Shown here: positions 14,001 through 26,530 of the stretch, piece after piece
Layout: each line of letters begins with the position of its first letter
Position numbering within the stretch: position 1 is the first letter of the stretch
The notes under the pieces: model-generated
Databases searched by the model: none
Told to the model about the DNA's origin: nothing
The model's input: only the letters and a program-made list of their open reading frames with translations
Origin: Nemertoderma westbladi
Taxonomy: Eukaryota; Animalia; Xenacoelomorpha
Assembly: GCA_032718475.1 (NCBI GenBank)
Contig: JAUCBJ010006988.1
Span: 124,001-188,000 of the forward strand
Direction of reading: 5' to 3'
Length of the DNA stretch: 64,000 bases
Made by a program: the position numbers and the translations under genes

Positions 14001-14498
14001 AAGGGTACAGGAGCACCACAATGATTCGAATAGGGGATCTATATCCTCTATGTTAGAGAGTCTCTTAACAGTAAACATATTGGAAATGTATAAAGCTAGG
14101 CCACCACCGTGCGAAGGGCGGTCACTGCACTGAGGTTCATGAAACTTTGAAATAAGGAATTTCTTGGAAATATGTGCTGGTGAAAACCATGTCTCGACAA
14201 ATGCAAGAACTTCAAATTTTGAGGATAAATTTTCTGGCAAAAAATCCCAATTGCAGGATAATGACCGAATGTTCGTCAGCATAACTCGGAGAGATGGGAG
14301 ATTTGGGCCGGGGTTAGGGTGAATGTCCCCAGATATGTACAAAATAAAGATTAAACAAGCAATAAACCATACGAGAGCTAAGCCTGTAAACATCCATGAG
14401 GTAAGAGTGTCTAAAAAGTGCTCACTTTTTAAGTATCCGGAGATAGCCCCATGAAAAGTCCCCATGCTTGCTCGCCACTGCTCAACAGAGATATTCAT
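11098..14498 (-). pseudogene. LINE ORF2: APE endonuclease + reverse transcriptase + C-terminal Cys/His knuckle (two stops, one frameshift)
   Basis: ETW, GGGLALY, YRP, LGDFN, PTR and SDH APE motifs; FLDISKAFD, GVPQGSVLGP and YADD RT motifs; C-terminal CSCG..EDVFHYFMECP. Confidence 0.93.
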
Positions 14499-15169
14499 TT
14501 AAATAGGAGGAAACGAAATTGAATGAGGTAGCGAGCGCGCGAGAGGGGGTGTCTTGTAGGATTGCAACACGCAATTCACACTGATTGTCCCAGAGAGAAA
14601 ATTATGTTTGTCAATAAGAAAGATGACACAGCGACAGGTAGGTGCTGATTGGTTTGGGAATGTTCCAACACACGAGTGACATTCATACAAATACCCCAGT
14701 ACACGTACAGCACACACACACAGCACACACGACAGACACACAAAATAAGAGAATGGGATGGAATGAGATATGAGTGGAATGGGGTAAACCCAAGAAGCGG
14801 AAACAATGAGATGACATTGTGTTTTATTGTAATTTGTATTCCCATCACCATAAAATGTATTAATAATATAACATATAGCAATATGGGGTAATGAAGGCCT
14901 AACAACTGACAAAGCGGCACGTAATAAAACAATACAGTTTTGCTGGCTATCAATCACCGTAAAAAAATGTTTAAGTTGATTACCAACAGGAACCCAGTAA
15001 TATAAGGTGTTTATTGAATTACTAAACCTATACTGTATACTTAAAAGTAAACAGCAAAAATGGTAATACCGAAGTAAATGCCGGTACTAAAAAAAAATAT
15101 GTTCACTGAGTTCGCACATCCAAAGGAACTACTTGCTTTTAAAAGTAAAAAAAAAAAAAGAAAAAAAAT

Positions 15170-15600
15170 TTGTTTAAACCAAACGGCTTTACTGCTCACT
15201 TACTTGAAATTATAAAAAAACATGCTAATAAACAAAAGTAACTATTACTGTTCTTGAAATGCTTGTGAAAAAAAAAATTTAATTTAAATCAAACGGCTTT
15301 GTTGCTCATTTACTTGATATGAAAAAAAAATGCTAATAAACAAATGTAACTATTACTGTTCTTGAAATGCTAGAAAAAAACAACCGGAATATATTTAAAT
15401 CAAACCGCTTTACTCCTCACTTACTTGAAATTATAGAAAAATATGCTAATAAACAAAAGTAACTATTACTGTTCATGAAATGCTTGGTAAAAAAAAATAT
15501 TTAATTTAAATCAAACGGCTTTGTTGCTCATTTACTTGATATGAAAAAAGAAAAAAATGCTAATAAACAAAAGTAACTATTATTGTTCGTGAAATGCCAT
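15170..15600. repeat. About 110-bp tandem repeat x4 in the LINE inter-ORF region
   Basis: ttaaatcaaacggcttt..gctca.ttacttga..tgctaataaacaaaagtaactatta.tgttc.tgaaatgc recurs near 15174, 15284, 15394 and 15505. Confidence 0.85.
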
Positions 15601-15715
15601 TGCCATGCATTTTACATGCACTAGTCAGAACCTGTCGTCGAGATTAATAAATTGGTTTGGGCTGTAAAAAGCGCAACCGCAATTTGATGCGTTAGCTTGG
15701 TAGAAGATCTTACAA

Positions 15716-16757
15716 CTAATTGCCAGTGAGAAGGGAAGTTAAACCTGGAGCCAACCGCTTCAGGGAGAGCAGGATATCAGCGAGACAGACCTTAGGATCT
15801 GTAGGGTTATGGAAATCGGTGATTAGCGACTCCACAATATCAAGAATAGATTTGAGATGGGTGATCTGTGTTGTTTCACCAGATAAACTTTTAGCAAAGA
15901 TTGAGCCATCCCTTGTCCAGCAGTCCGAGATTAACTTAGCCTTAACAAGTTTGTGACACTCGTAGAATAAAGAAGCACGGAAAGGGGTAAGGCATTCGTT
16001 GATGTATATGCGATCGGCAGCTATGTTTGTCTTTAGCTGAAATCGCGACCTGAAAAAACGATCTCGCGCTCTGTAAGTAGAGAACTTTACAACTAGTTGT
16101 TTTTTATTACGGGATGGGTGAAACCGCGACGTATCTTTCTCTAATTCGAATGACTCAAGGCCGCAACGCTGAGCAATTGTGCAAAGGAGGTTCTCAATTC
16201 TATTGTCGAGGGAGGGACTGGTTGCCAGGTTTGTTGGGGGGGTCACCTTGTTGTTAATTGTCGAGTCGACTAACGGACCGGATATTAGGAGGGTTTCGCG
16301 TCTTAAGTACTGGCTGTCCGAATCAGACTTCAATGCCAAACTGAATAAACTGTCTGATAGCTTCGAGCATTCTGAACATGGTTGTTGGAGTTTGGCGTCG
16401 ATTTGAAGCGACTAATTTGTGGGCGAGGTCATCGAATTTGATGGCAATCTGGTCGGCGATATCGGAACCCAGGGACTTGAGGAGGGAACGGATGGAAGGG
16501 TCTGTTTCGTTCCCGCTTCCGGACAGCGTCACAGAGGGAAAAACGATATCCAACTCGGCAGGGACAGACTCGGGCACTGCGCTCCAAGCGGGAGCAGGTT
16601 GGCCTGCCGGTAAGCGTTTTGCATCAGGAGAGGAAACCAAGGAAGAGTGCGAAAGATCGCTGTAGTTGCGCTTACCAGTACTGCTCGTATCGGTAGAATG
16701 CGCAGGGTCAATGTTATAGGGTGAGATCGAGTTTGGCTTTGAACCAATGTCAGACAT
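15716..16757 (-). pseudogene. LINE ORF1 (frameshifted near 16330-16400); RRM/CTD-type ORF1p
   Basis: LLISG, VVKFSTYRARDRF, IYINECLTPFRASLF and DCWTRDGSIF are typical of the C-terminal half of CR1/L2-group ORF1 proteins. It lies upstream of ORF2. Confidence 0.8.
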
Positions 16758-16937
16758 ACCGCTATTATTGTGAAAAGTAAGAATCAGAACCCAACCAGAT
16801 GAGGAAGTTAAGCAATATTAATATACAAAGTGCAATAATGCCGGATCGGTTGTAAACTACATCTCAGTGTGTACCGGTAGGTAGGCTAAATTGAAAGTCT
16901 GAAATAGGTGATGCTCTACAAAACTACTGACCGTGAC

Positions 16938-18517
16938 CTTTCTACTCTAATAATTTGGTCTGTGGGTTGAGGATTACTCAAGTCTACTCTCGCCTTCTCA
17001 CCGCAGGTGGTAAATTAGGTAACTTCTGACGGTGTGGCATTCTTCTACGTCCACTTGAACGAGATTTATTACCTCTTCCTTCAGGATGTGTTGTATCACC
17101 CTCATCGGAGGAGGTAAATCCCTGTCTTCTGGGAGTAGATCGACTCAGTAGTTGCATCTGAGTAGCTATTCTTTGTTTATTTAAGTAATCTTGTTTCACC
17201 TGAAGGTTCTCCAGCTCTAGTTGTGTAGTCGCTTCAGACGCCTTCCGTTCTGCTTCTGCCACTGCCGCCTTTCTTTCAGCTTCCGCCGCTGCCGCTGACC
17301 TTTCAGCTTCCGCCGCCTTTCTTTCAGCTTCTGCCGCCTTTCTTTCAGCTTCTGCCGCTGCTGCTAACTTTCGGTCTTCTATTTGCCGTTTCTTTAATTG
17401 TTCTTCTTGATCCATTGCCATGTGGATGCTTTCATCAAATTTAGCCTGCTCCGCGGCTAATATTTCCGCATCTAACGAGTCCAACACAAATTTGGCTCCC
17501 TCACTATTAGGGTGAAGTCCGGCTAGCCGTCTCCTTAGCTCTTTGTCACCTATAAATCGTTGATAGTCCGAAAGATAGATGTCAATAGCATCCTTCTTCT
17601 GAGGTTTCTTGGATATAACTTCGCCTTCCACCTGAGAAAAGGTAGCGTCTGTTGATTCTCCGTGGGTCGCGCGCTCAGTTAGCTGAACTTTCCATTGTGT
17701 CGTTCCCTGGACTTTAAGGCTCACTCGTTGGAACCAAGTCTTTACGGCCACTTGCAACGACGTGTCTTGGCTTCTCTTCGAAGCTTCTTCAAAGGCCGAA
17801 AGGATTAGTCTGATCCGTAAAATTCGTTCTCGCACTTGATAAAGCAGCTCTCCCTGCTCTTGAGGTTCTTGACGTTGTTGAAACAGTTGTTCCTCTAAGC
17901 GCTCCAAAGAGCTGAAGAATCCCTGGACATCGATCTCGAGTGTCCCTTACTATTCCCATCCTGTATAAGTCCTCCCAGGCAGCTACCAATAAGTTAAACG
18001 GGAGTCCGGGTTCAGGGAAGTTCCATTGCGTCTCGACAATAGACCTCAGTTCCTCCATCGTGTATCCCGCATAACTGTCCCTGGTCGATCGCTTACTTCT
18101 CGCCCAATCGATTTGATGTTCTTCCACCGCGATCAATACTCTAGTGAGTACGGCTCCAGGGAGAATTAGAAGTGGATCTGGATAAACCGCTTCTGTCATC
18201 CTTGCTCCGATCTCGGGTGTCAACTCTACAGTGTCTGAACTACTGGAGTTATCGGGCCGCTGAGAAATAAGTTCTCGGTTCGGGTGCTGCTGCTGTTTAA
18301 CAGCTGTCTCTTGGTCCCGCTTGACTTGAGCCCTAGTGCCTATGATAGACCTATGGTGCTTTACTAGCCTAGGGTCTGATACTACTACTATAGGGATGAC
18401 CTTTCTTACAGTAGGAGGGGACTTGGACTTCGGTCTCAGATGTTCTATACTCTTATCTGAGTCACAGACTGTTCTTTCTAGGAGACTATCTGACAGTGTT
18501 TGCTTTGTGTCAGCCAT
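16938..18517 (-). pseudogene. BEL/Pao gag N-terminal part of copy A
   Basis: MADTKQTLSDS... is homologous to the starts at B 27992 and C 57667. Contains an Ala-rich AAEAERK repeat and a small frameshifting deletion near 17930. Confidence 0.9.
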
Positions 18518-18654
18518 GATTTATTTTACAGTTGAATGCCTACTACTATAACGACAGTTAAAGCAAGTCTAGTAATTCAGTATCAACTGTAAGCCTAGTA
18601 ATTAATTACCGATACCGTTACTCAGTGTAACGTGATATATGTGTAATATATTAA

Positions 18655-19020
18655 AATACCGGTATATACTTATAATATATATATAAGTATTATTATAGAC
18701 TAGGATTAGTCACAGAATACCGGTATATAATTTCAGCCTAAATTTATATAAATAAATATAATAAGCCTACCGTAAATACCGGTATACACCTATAGTATAT
18801 ACAAGTATTATTATAGACTAGGATTAGTCACAGAATACCGGTATATAATTTCAGCCTAACTTCATATAAATAAATATAATAAGCCTACCGTAAATACCGG
18901 TATACACCTATAGTATATACAAGTATTATTATAGACTAGGATTAGTCACAGAATACCGGTATATAATTTCAGCCTAAATTTATATAAATATATAATAAGC
19001 CTACCGTAAATACCGGTAAT
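18655..19020. repeat. About 120-bp AT-rich tandem repeat x3 just upstream of gag ATG (copy A; equivalents at about 27480-27855 and 57290-57530)
   Basis: aagtattattatagactaggattagtcacagaataccggtatataatttcagcctaa recurs at about 120-bp spacing. Confidence 0.85.
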
Positions 19021-21599
19021 GTCAATTATTTTATAATAACTGAATTTCTGAATTTTTAGGGTTACTTCCCTTTTACTTATTACTGTTATTAAGCAGTAGT
19101 CCAACTGATATTAAGACCTAATTGATGTATAACAGGCCTACTATTTTATAAATCTGTTTGAGTTGATTTATAATATATATATATATACCCGTACAATGGG
19201 TTTTGACAATGTTTGAAATAAATGTTATTATTTCTGGGTAAGGGGGTCACTACATAGATAATTCTACTTTACTAAGTTACTTATCACTACAAATTACTTA
19301 CAATTACAGTTTGAGATTACAATCTCTAAATAAACACTAAAAAGTTAGACATACAATTTTTTAGGGTAATTTTACAAGAAATCTACAAACCAGTCTAACA
19401 AGGAGTTAGAATTTCTGGTTCTTACAAACTGACAGGGAGCTATGGTATTTGAAAACAATAAAGCAGTAGTAAGTAAGTTGCGTTGTCCAGATAAGAAAAT
19501 ACCACCATCTGACGACTTATAGTCTTAGCTCTATAAGTACTACGTTATGTACCCGGAGTGTCCTTACCTAGAGGTTAATTACCAAAGCCAACAAGAGCTA
19601 ACGTGCCTATTAACCACGTTACAACACGAATATACTGCCAACACACTAAATTACTTTCGGAAAGCACTGTACTCTAAACCCTAAATTAGGTACAAGTACT
19701 TATACAACAAATAACTAGCAGTTAAATATACTTGTATAGCCAAAAGAACCACGGTATCTGCGGGAGTGACCGGAGCACAAAATCACCAGTCTTTACCTAC
19801 GCCAATCAGCCCTGATGTAGTACCGGGGTTAATTTAACTATAACGGTATGTATAACAAGCACAATTACTGTAGGAATTAACTTGGGGAGTTGGTGGTTGC
19901 GAATACTCGCATAGATTCTGAATAATAAATATTACGCTACCCGTGCAGACTATACAAACAAAATACAGACCAAATGCTGGCAGACTACTGTCAAGCCTAA
20001 ATAAACTACAGTATATGCAGACTCCGAAATGGTTAGTTAGTAGGCATTCTAACCGAGTAGTACGACTTATTCTTTCGGGGGGATTTACCTTACAACACTG
20101 GATGCCCCCACCTTCCTAACTAGCACTTTATCGGACAGCAACTCTACATGCACTGCAATCGCTTCAGACCTAACAACAGCCAGACAACAATCCGGCCTAC
20201 AAATTATTTATACAATCTGAGCAGGCTTACACGCCTTCTGCTCAATATTACACTTACAGATAAATAAAACTGACAGAAATAAATAAGCTCTAAAAGAAAT
20301 AAGGGGTGTACAGTCCCTAATCTCTTAATCAGCCTACCAATATACAATATATTGGTATATAATTACAATATACTATATATTCGAAATAATACTGGTACCG
20401 GTAAGTACCGGTTCGGGTGGTTAGGTAGTTAGGCCTACAGTTTACCGTCCGACCGGTACATTAGACTTTATTTCCCACTGTGCAATAAAGAAATTATGAA
20501 ATCTATTATTGTTCGCGCTTTTAGACCTTTAGCAGTTTAACCTGCCAATTTTAGTTGTCCTCTTATTTATAAATCGACTTTAGCCTATATCAATTATTTA
20601 ATGTACTGAAGTTACATCAGCCGAAGTCAGTCTGTACGCGATCATTCACCCACAGTTAAGGGAGACTGGATTCGGGTGCCTTGAAAGTTATTGCGGTGTA
20701 GACCTACTGTATTATTCGATTGATCGTTACTATATAATCTCTGACAAATATATTTACTTTCGGGGAAATATTAACAGTTCCTTTAGGACGTGGCGTTTTA
20801 AGTATAAAAACAGAGTTATGACTTATACTAATCACAACTAGATGGCCATAGAGTTTCGTAAATAGCGCATTCTTTAGGAGATGCTTTATTATCTTTCACA
20901 CTACTTCACACGACTTCACACTAATTCACACTACTGCACACTAATCTGTCGACCGTCACTGAATTTGTTCATATATAAGGAAGATCGCAACTGACACTTG
21001 TAGGGATTATGAAATAGCATTTAATTCACACAAAACCACTATAATTTAAGTCGCAGTTGCTACCGGTAACCTGTTCCTCTCACCTTCAGTAATCAAGAAG
21101 ATTGGGGGTTTTATGATTATTCATCGGTATTCTCCAAATAAATCAGCGATATACATCAATATAACAACAATTAATAACAGACTTCCAAAATAGAAGTAAA
21201 ATAATGCGGTGAACAGTCAGTATGTGTTACAATAGTAATTAAGCAATGTTACGAGTAATGGGCCAAGATAATAGATTTACGTTCTTGTAATCAAAGCCAT
21301 CAGATGTTTAGGCCAAAGTCTGAAACTTCCAAAACAGAAGTACAGAAGAATTCCAAGCCGGTTCTGCGCGCGAGCTGGGGAAAGATCTTCTCTGTGCTGG
21401 GGGTAAGAGCGCGTAAGAAAAGGGGGAAGAGGGGGAAAGAAAAGGGGTATGGATCTATAAATAGCATCCAATGAGACGCCTCTATTTTACGACCGTTCTA
21501 TACTGTAAACATACAGCTGTCTACCTTATTGAGAAGTGGTAATACTACTTAATAGTTGGTAAACTTACCCCCCCCCCCCCCCCCCCCTCCACCTATCAT

Positions 21600-23240
21600 T
21601 ACACACCTACTGTACTTAACCATACATACCCATTCCTACATACCTACTTACACGTATCCTCCCACCCACCTAAGCACGTCGACTTAACTGCACCCACCCA
21701 CCCACCTAAGCACAACTACTTAACTGCACCCACCCACCCTCCTAAGCACGTCTACTTAACCGCACCCACCCACCAACCTAAGCACGTCTAGTTAACCACA
21801 CCCACCCACCTACCCACCTAAGCACATCGACTTAACCGCACCCACCCACCCACCTAAGCACACTTACTTAACCACACCCACCCACACACCTAAGCACGTC
21901 TACTTACCCGCACCCACCCACCCACCTAAACACGTCTACTTAACCGCACCCACCCACCCACCTAAGCACGTGTACTTAACCGCACCCACCCACCCACCCA
22001 CCTAAGCACGTATACTTACCCACACCCACCCACCTACCTAAGCACACCTAGTTAACCGCACCCACCTAAGCACATCGACTTAACCGCACCCACCCACCTA
22101 AGCACGTCTACTTACCCGCACCCACCCACACACCTAAGCAAACCGACTTAACCGCACCCACCCACCCACCTAAGCACGTATTCTTACCCGCACCCACTCA
22201 CCTACCTAAGCACACCTAGTTAACCGCAACCACCTAAGCACATCGACCTAACCGCACCCACCCACCCACCTAAGCACGTATACTTAACCACACCCATCCA
22301 CCCACCTATGCACGTATACTTACCCACACCCACTCACCTACCTAAGCACACATAGTTAACCGCACCCACCTAAGCACATCGACTTAACCGCACCCACCCA
22401 CCCACCTAAGCACGTCTACTTACCCGCACCCACCCATACACCTAAGCACATCGACTTAACCACACCCACCCACCCACCTAAGCACGTATACTTACCCGCA
22501 CCCACTCACCTACCTAAGCACACCTAGTTAACCGCACCCACCTAAGCACATCGACTTAACCGCACCCACCCACCCACCCACCCACCTAAGCACGTATACT
22601 TAACCACACCCACCCACCCACCTATGCACGTATACTTACCCACACCCACCCACCTACCTAAGCACACCTAGTTAACAACACCCACCCACACACCTAAGCA
22701 CGTCTACTTACCCGCACCCACCCACCCACCTAAACACGTCTACTTAACCGCACCCACCCAGCCACCTAAGCACGTCTACTTACCCGCACCCACCCACCCA
22801 CCTAAACACATCTACTTACCCGCAACCACCCACCCACCTAAACACATCTACTCAACCGCACCCACCCACCCACCTAAGCACGTGTACTTAACCACACCCA
22901 CCCACCCACCTAAGCACGTATACATACCCACACCCACCCACCTACCTAAGCACACCTAGTTAACCGCACCCACCTAAGCACATCGACTTAACTGCATCCA
23001 CCCACCCACCTTAGCACGTCTACTTACCCGCACCCACCCACCCACCTAAGCACGTCTACTTAACCGCACCCACACACCAAACTAAGCAAGCACGTCTACT
23101 TAACCGCACCCAACCTCCCCTACCCCTACACACCTAACTACCCGCACTCACCTACCCCTACCCACCCTCCCTCCCTCCCACACCCTATTTACCCGCACCG
23201 ACCGCCCGAACCTAACAAACACACCCACCCCTACTTTTTC
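21600..23240. repeat. C-rich minisatellite, unit about 28-48 bp: (ccca)n-cctaagcacgtctacttaaccgca
   Basis: Roughly 40 units visible, with a variable number of CCCA per unit. Preceded by a poly-C run at about 21568-21587. Confidence 0.95.
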
Positions 23241-23768
23241 TACCTTATTCAGACTCCACGGCAAACATTCTCGGAGCAATCATGCCGTACCAGAAATTTA
23301 CAAAAACGGAAAGCAGGGACAGTTTTCGCAAAACGTTTTTTACAAGAACCGTTTTTTTGATAATCGTTTCCTATCAAATAAATATAATTTACATCCTAGA
23401 ACATTCGATAACTATTGTAAATTATTGTAATTAATAGGTAGGTTGCTTTTTTTTACCATATATTATTAAATAAATGTGAGATATTTAGTGCAGTTACTTT
23501 AATTATAATATCGTAATAAACATCACTGCACAAAAACGCGTTTTACACACCAGATCTTTAAAACATTACCTTTATTCGCATGCGAAAATAAGGGTTATGC
23601 CAGAGCCAGCCTAGAGGCCAAGCAAGGTACCGGTAGCCGTAGCAATGCAAGAAGAAGGATGGATCAAATAGGATGCTAGAAGCTTCCTATTGGGTGCTAT
23701 TTTTAGATCCTTCCCCTTTTCTTACCCCCTCATCCGTGCCACCACTGGTTCAGCCAAACAACCCAGGC

Positions 23769-24050
23769 AGCTCCGTAGCCCATCATTGTTCCAATTCTTC
23801 CGGTAGGCTATAATTACGGCTCTCCTAATTTGTTTCAAATTTGTTTCACTGGCATACTTAACATTGTTCCAATTTTTTGAGCTCCGTAGCCCATCATTGT
23901 TCCAATTTTCCGGTAGACTATCATTACGGCCCTCCTAATTTGTTTCAAATTTGTTTCACTGGCATACATAGCATTGCAGGTAGGACACCATTACGTGGCT
24001 CCAGGCTCCTAATATGTTTCAATTATGTTCCAATTTTGTTTCAACTAACA
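23769..24050. repeat. About 110-bp local tandem duplication (2 copies + partial)
   Basis: agctccgtagcccatcattgttccaatt...ctcctaatttgtttcaaatttgtttcactggcatac at about 23769 and 23880. Confidence 0.75.
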
Positions 24051-25660
24051 GAGACATACTAGTGGCAGTACGTGGGCGAGCTGGGGAAAGATCTTCTCTG
24101 TGCTGGGGGTAAGAGCGCTGTAAAAGCTTTTGCGGAATTAGCTGGTTATTTTCCCCGCAAAGTACTCTGTAGTTGGTTTAATGGACATAAAAAGCCGTTT
24201 CCTTACTGTACCGGTGTTTTAGTGAACATAAAAAGCCATTTCTTCTGTATGTGTACTTTAGCGGACATAACTAGCAATTTTATGTCGCAATACGCTAAAA
24301 TCCCCTTGACACAGTGTAGTTACTATGACGACGGCTAACAGCTGATATGTACACGTGTAGCTTTTTCTTTGTTTCTTTGTTCGGACAACCAATCAGAGCG
24401 ATTTTCCTGTTATTTGTACAGAAACCTCCGGGAAATCGCGCAATGCATTACAGTTTATGTTTACCTTTTTTCCTGATGCCAGAAGACCGGCTTTGGAATC
24501 TCTGTGTTTTCAGGCTTTAGCAAAACATTAGTAGGCTTGATCATAGGAACGTATAACTGTTATCTAACTAACCAATCGCCACACAAACTAATCACAAGTC
24601 AGTGTGTCAAATCATATTGTCAACTACAAACACCACATTTTTACTGCTATTTACTGTCGGTTATTAATTATATCAGTTGATGGAATATTATTATATTTGG
24701 ATAATATCGGTGAATAATCATAAAACCCCCAATCTTCTTGATATACTGAAGGTGAGAGACTGGTTACATATAACAATTGCGACTTACATGATATTGGTTT
24801 TGGAGTGAATCTAATGCTATTTCATAGGCACTACATGAGTCGGTTGCTGTTCTCTTTTTATGTGACTAAAATTAGTGAAGGTTGGCAGATCAGTGTGCAG
24901 TATTGTGCGGTAGTGTGCATGATTGTGACTGATAACAAAGCATCTCCTAAAGAATGCGCTTTATACGTGAATCCATAGCCATCCCGTTGTGTCTAGTGTA
25001 AGTCATAACTCTGTTTACATATTTAGAGCGCCACGTCCTAAAGGAACTGTTAATATTTCCCGAAAGTGAATAATATTTGTCAGAAATTATATATTAACGA
25101 TCAGTCGAATAATACAGTAGGCCTACACCGCAATAAGGTCAAAGCTTCCGAATCCAGACTCCCGGGTATATCCAGCGGGTGAATGGTCGCGCATAGACTG
25201 GCTTCGGCTAATGTAGTGTATCAAATACTCGTCATAGGCTAAAGTCGATTTATAATCTAGAAGACATCTAAATTTGGCAGGTTAAACTGCTAAAGGTCTG
25301 AAAGCGCGAACAATAACAGTTATGATCGTCTGATTGCAGTGTAGGCAATAAATACAGTTTAATATTGTTCTGGTAAAAACAATAACAGTTATTGCTTCTG
25401 TATTGCAGTAGGCAATAAAGCTGAAGTACCGGTCGACTGGTACCTGGTAGGCCTGACTTCCTAACCACCCGGACCGGTACTTATAGCAGTACAGGTACAG
25501 CAGTATTATTCGATTTTGATAATTATATACCGGTAGGCCTTAATATTTAATCAGGGACTGCAGCCCTGGTTTTTTATTGAGATTTTACTTATTTCTGTCA
25601 GTTTTATTTATTTGTAGGCCAATATTGAGCAGAAGACGTGTAAGCCTGCTCAGATTGTAC

Positions 25661-26530
25661 AGATAATTTGTAGGCTGGATTGTTGTCTGGCTGTTGTTAG
25701 GTCTGAAGAGATTGCGGTGTGTGTAGAGTGTATGTCCGATAAAGTACTAGTTAGGAACGTAGGGGCTTCCAGTGCTGTGAGGTAAATCCCCTCGAAAGAA
25801 TAAGTCGTACTACTCGGTTAGAACGCATACTAACTAACCATTTCGGAGTCTGCATATACTGTAGTTTGTTTAGGCTTGATAGTAGTCTGCCAGCGTTTGG
25901 TCTGTATTTTGTTTGTGTAGTCTGTACGGGTAGCGTAATATTTCTTATTCAGATAATTTGTAGGCTGGATTGTTGTCTGGCTATTGTTAGGTCTGAAGAG
26001 ATTGCGGTGTGTGTAGAGTGTATGTCCGATAAAGTACTAGTTAGGAACGTAGGGGCTTCCAGTGCTGTGAGGTAAATCCCCTCGAAAGAATAAGTCGTAC
26101 TACTCGGTTAGAACGCATACTAACTAACCATTTCGGAGTATGCATATACTGTAGTTTGTTTAGGCTTGATAGTAGTCTGCCAGCGTTTGGTCTGTATTTT
26201 GTTTGTGTAGTCTGTACGGGTAGCGTAATATTTCTTATTCAGATAATTTGTAGGCTGGATTGTTGTCTGGCTGTTGTTAGGTCTGAAGAGATTGCGGTGT
26301 GTGAAGAGTGTATGTCCGATAAAGTACTAGTTAGGAACGTAGGGGCTTCCAGTGCTGTGAGGTAAATCCCCTCGAAAGAATAAGTCGTACTACTCGGTTA
26401 GAACGCATACTAACTAACCATTTCGGAGTCTGCATATACTGTAGTTTGTTTAGGCTTGATAGTAGTCTGCCAGCGTTTGGTCTGTATTTTGTTTGAGTAG
26501 TCTGTATGCGTAGCGTAATATTTATTATTC
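25661..26530 (+). repeat. 290-bp near-perfect tandem triplication in the copy B leader
   Basis: Units start at about 25661, 25951 and 26241. The segment is single-copy in A and C. Confidence 0.92.

Larger units (their letters stand above)
10499..16937 (-). mobile_element. Full-length CR1/L2-group LINE inserted into gag of BEL copy A
   Basis: Poly(A) tail (T run 10499-10525), ORF2, a long inter-ORF region, ORF1 and a short 5' UTR. BEL gag homology resumes at 10498 and 16938. Confidence 0.92.
1..21366 (-). mobile_element. BEL/Pao LTR retrotransposon, copy A (decayed; 5' LTR truncated, LINE inserted in gag, 3' end beyond left window edge)
   Basis: Gag-PR-RT-RH-IN order on the minus strand, homologous to copies B and C. 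Homology to the copy C leader stops at about 21366 (about C 54846), so roughly 270 bp of the 5' LTR is missing. Inclusion of 1-2553 in the element is inferred from adjacency and co-orientation. Confidence 0.85.

Noticed and set aside
21600-23240. Telomeric repeat array
   Set aside because: CCTAA/TAACC words occur only singly within longer units, with no (TTAGG)n or (TTAGGG)n run.
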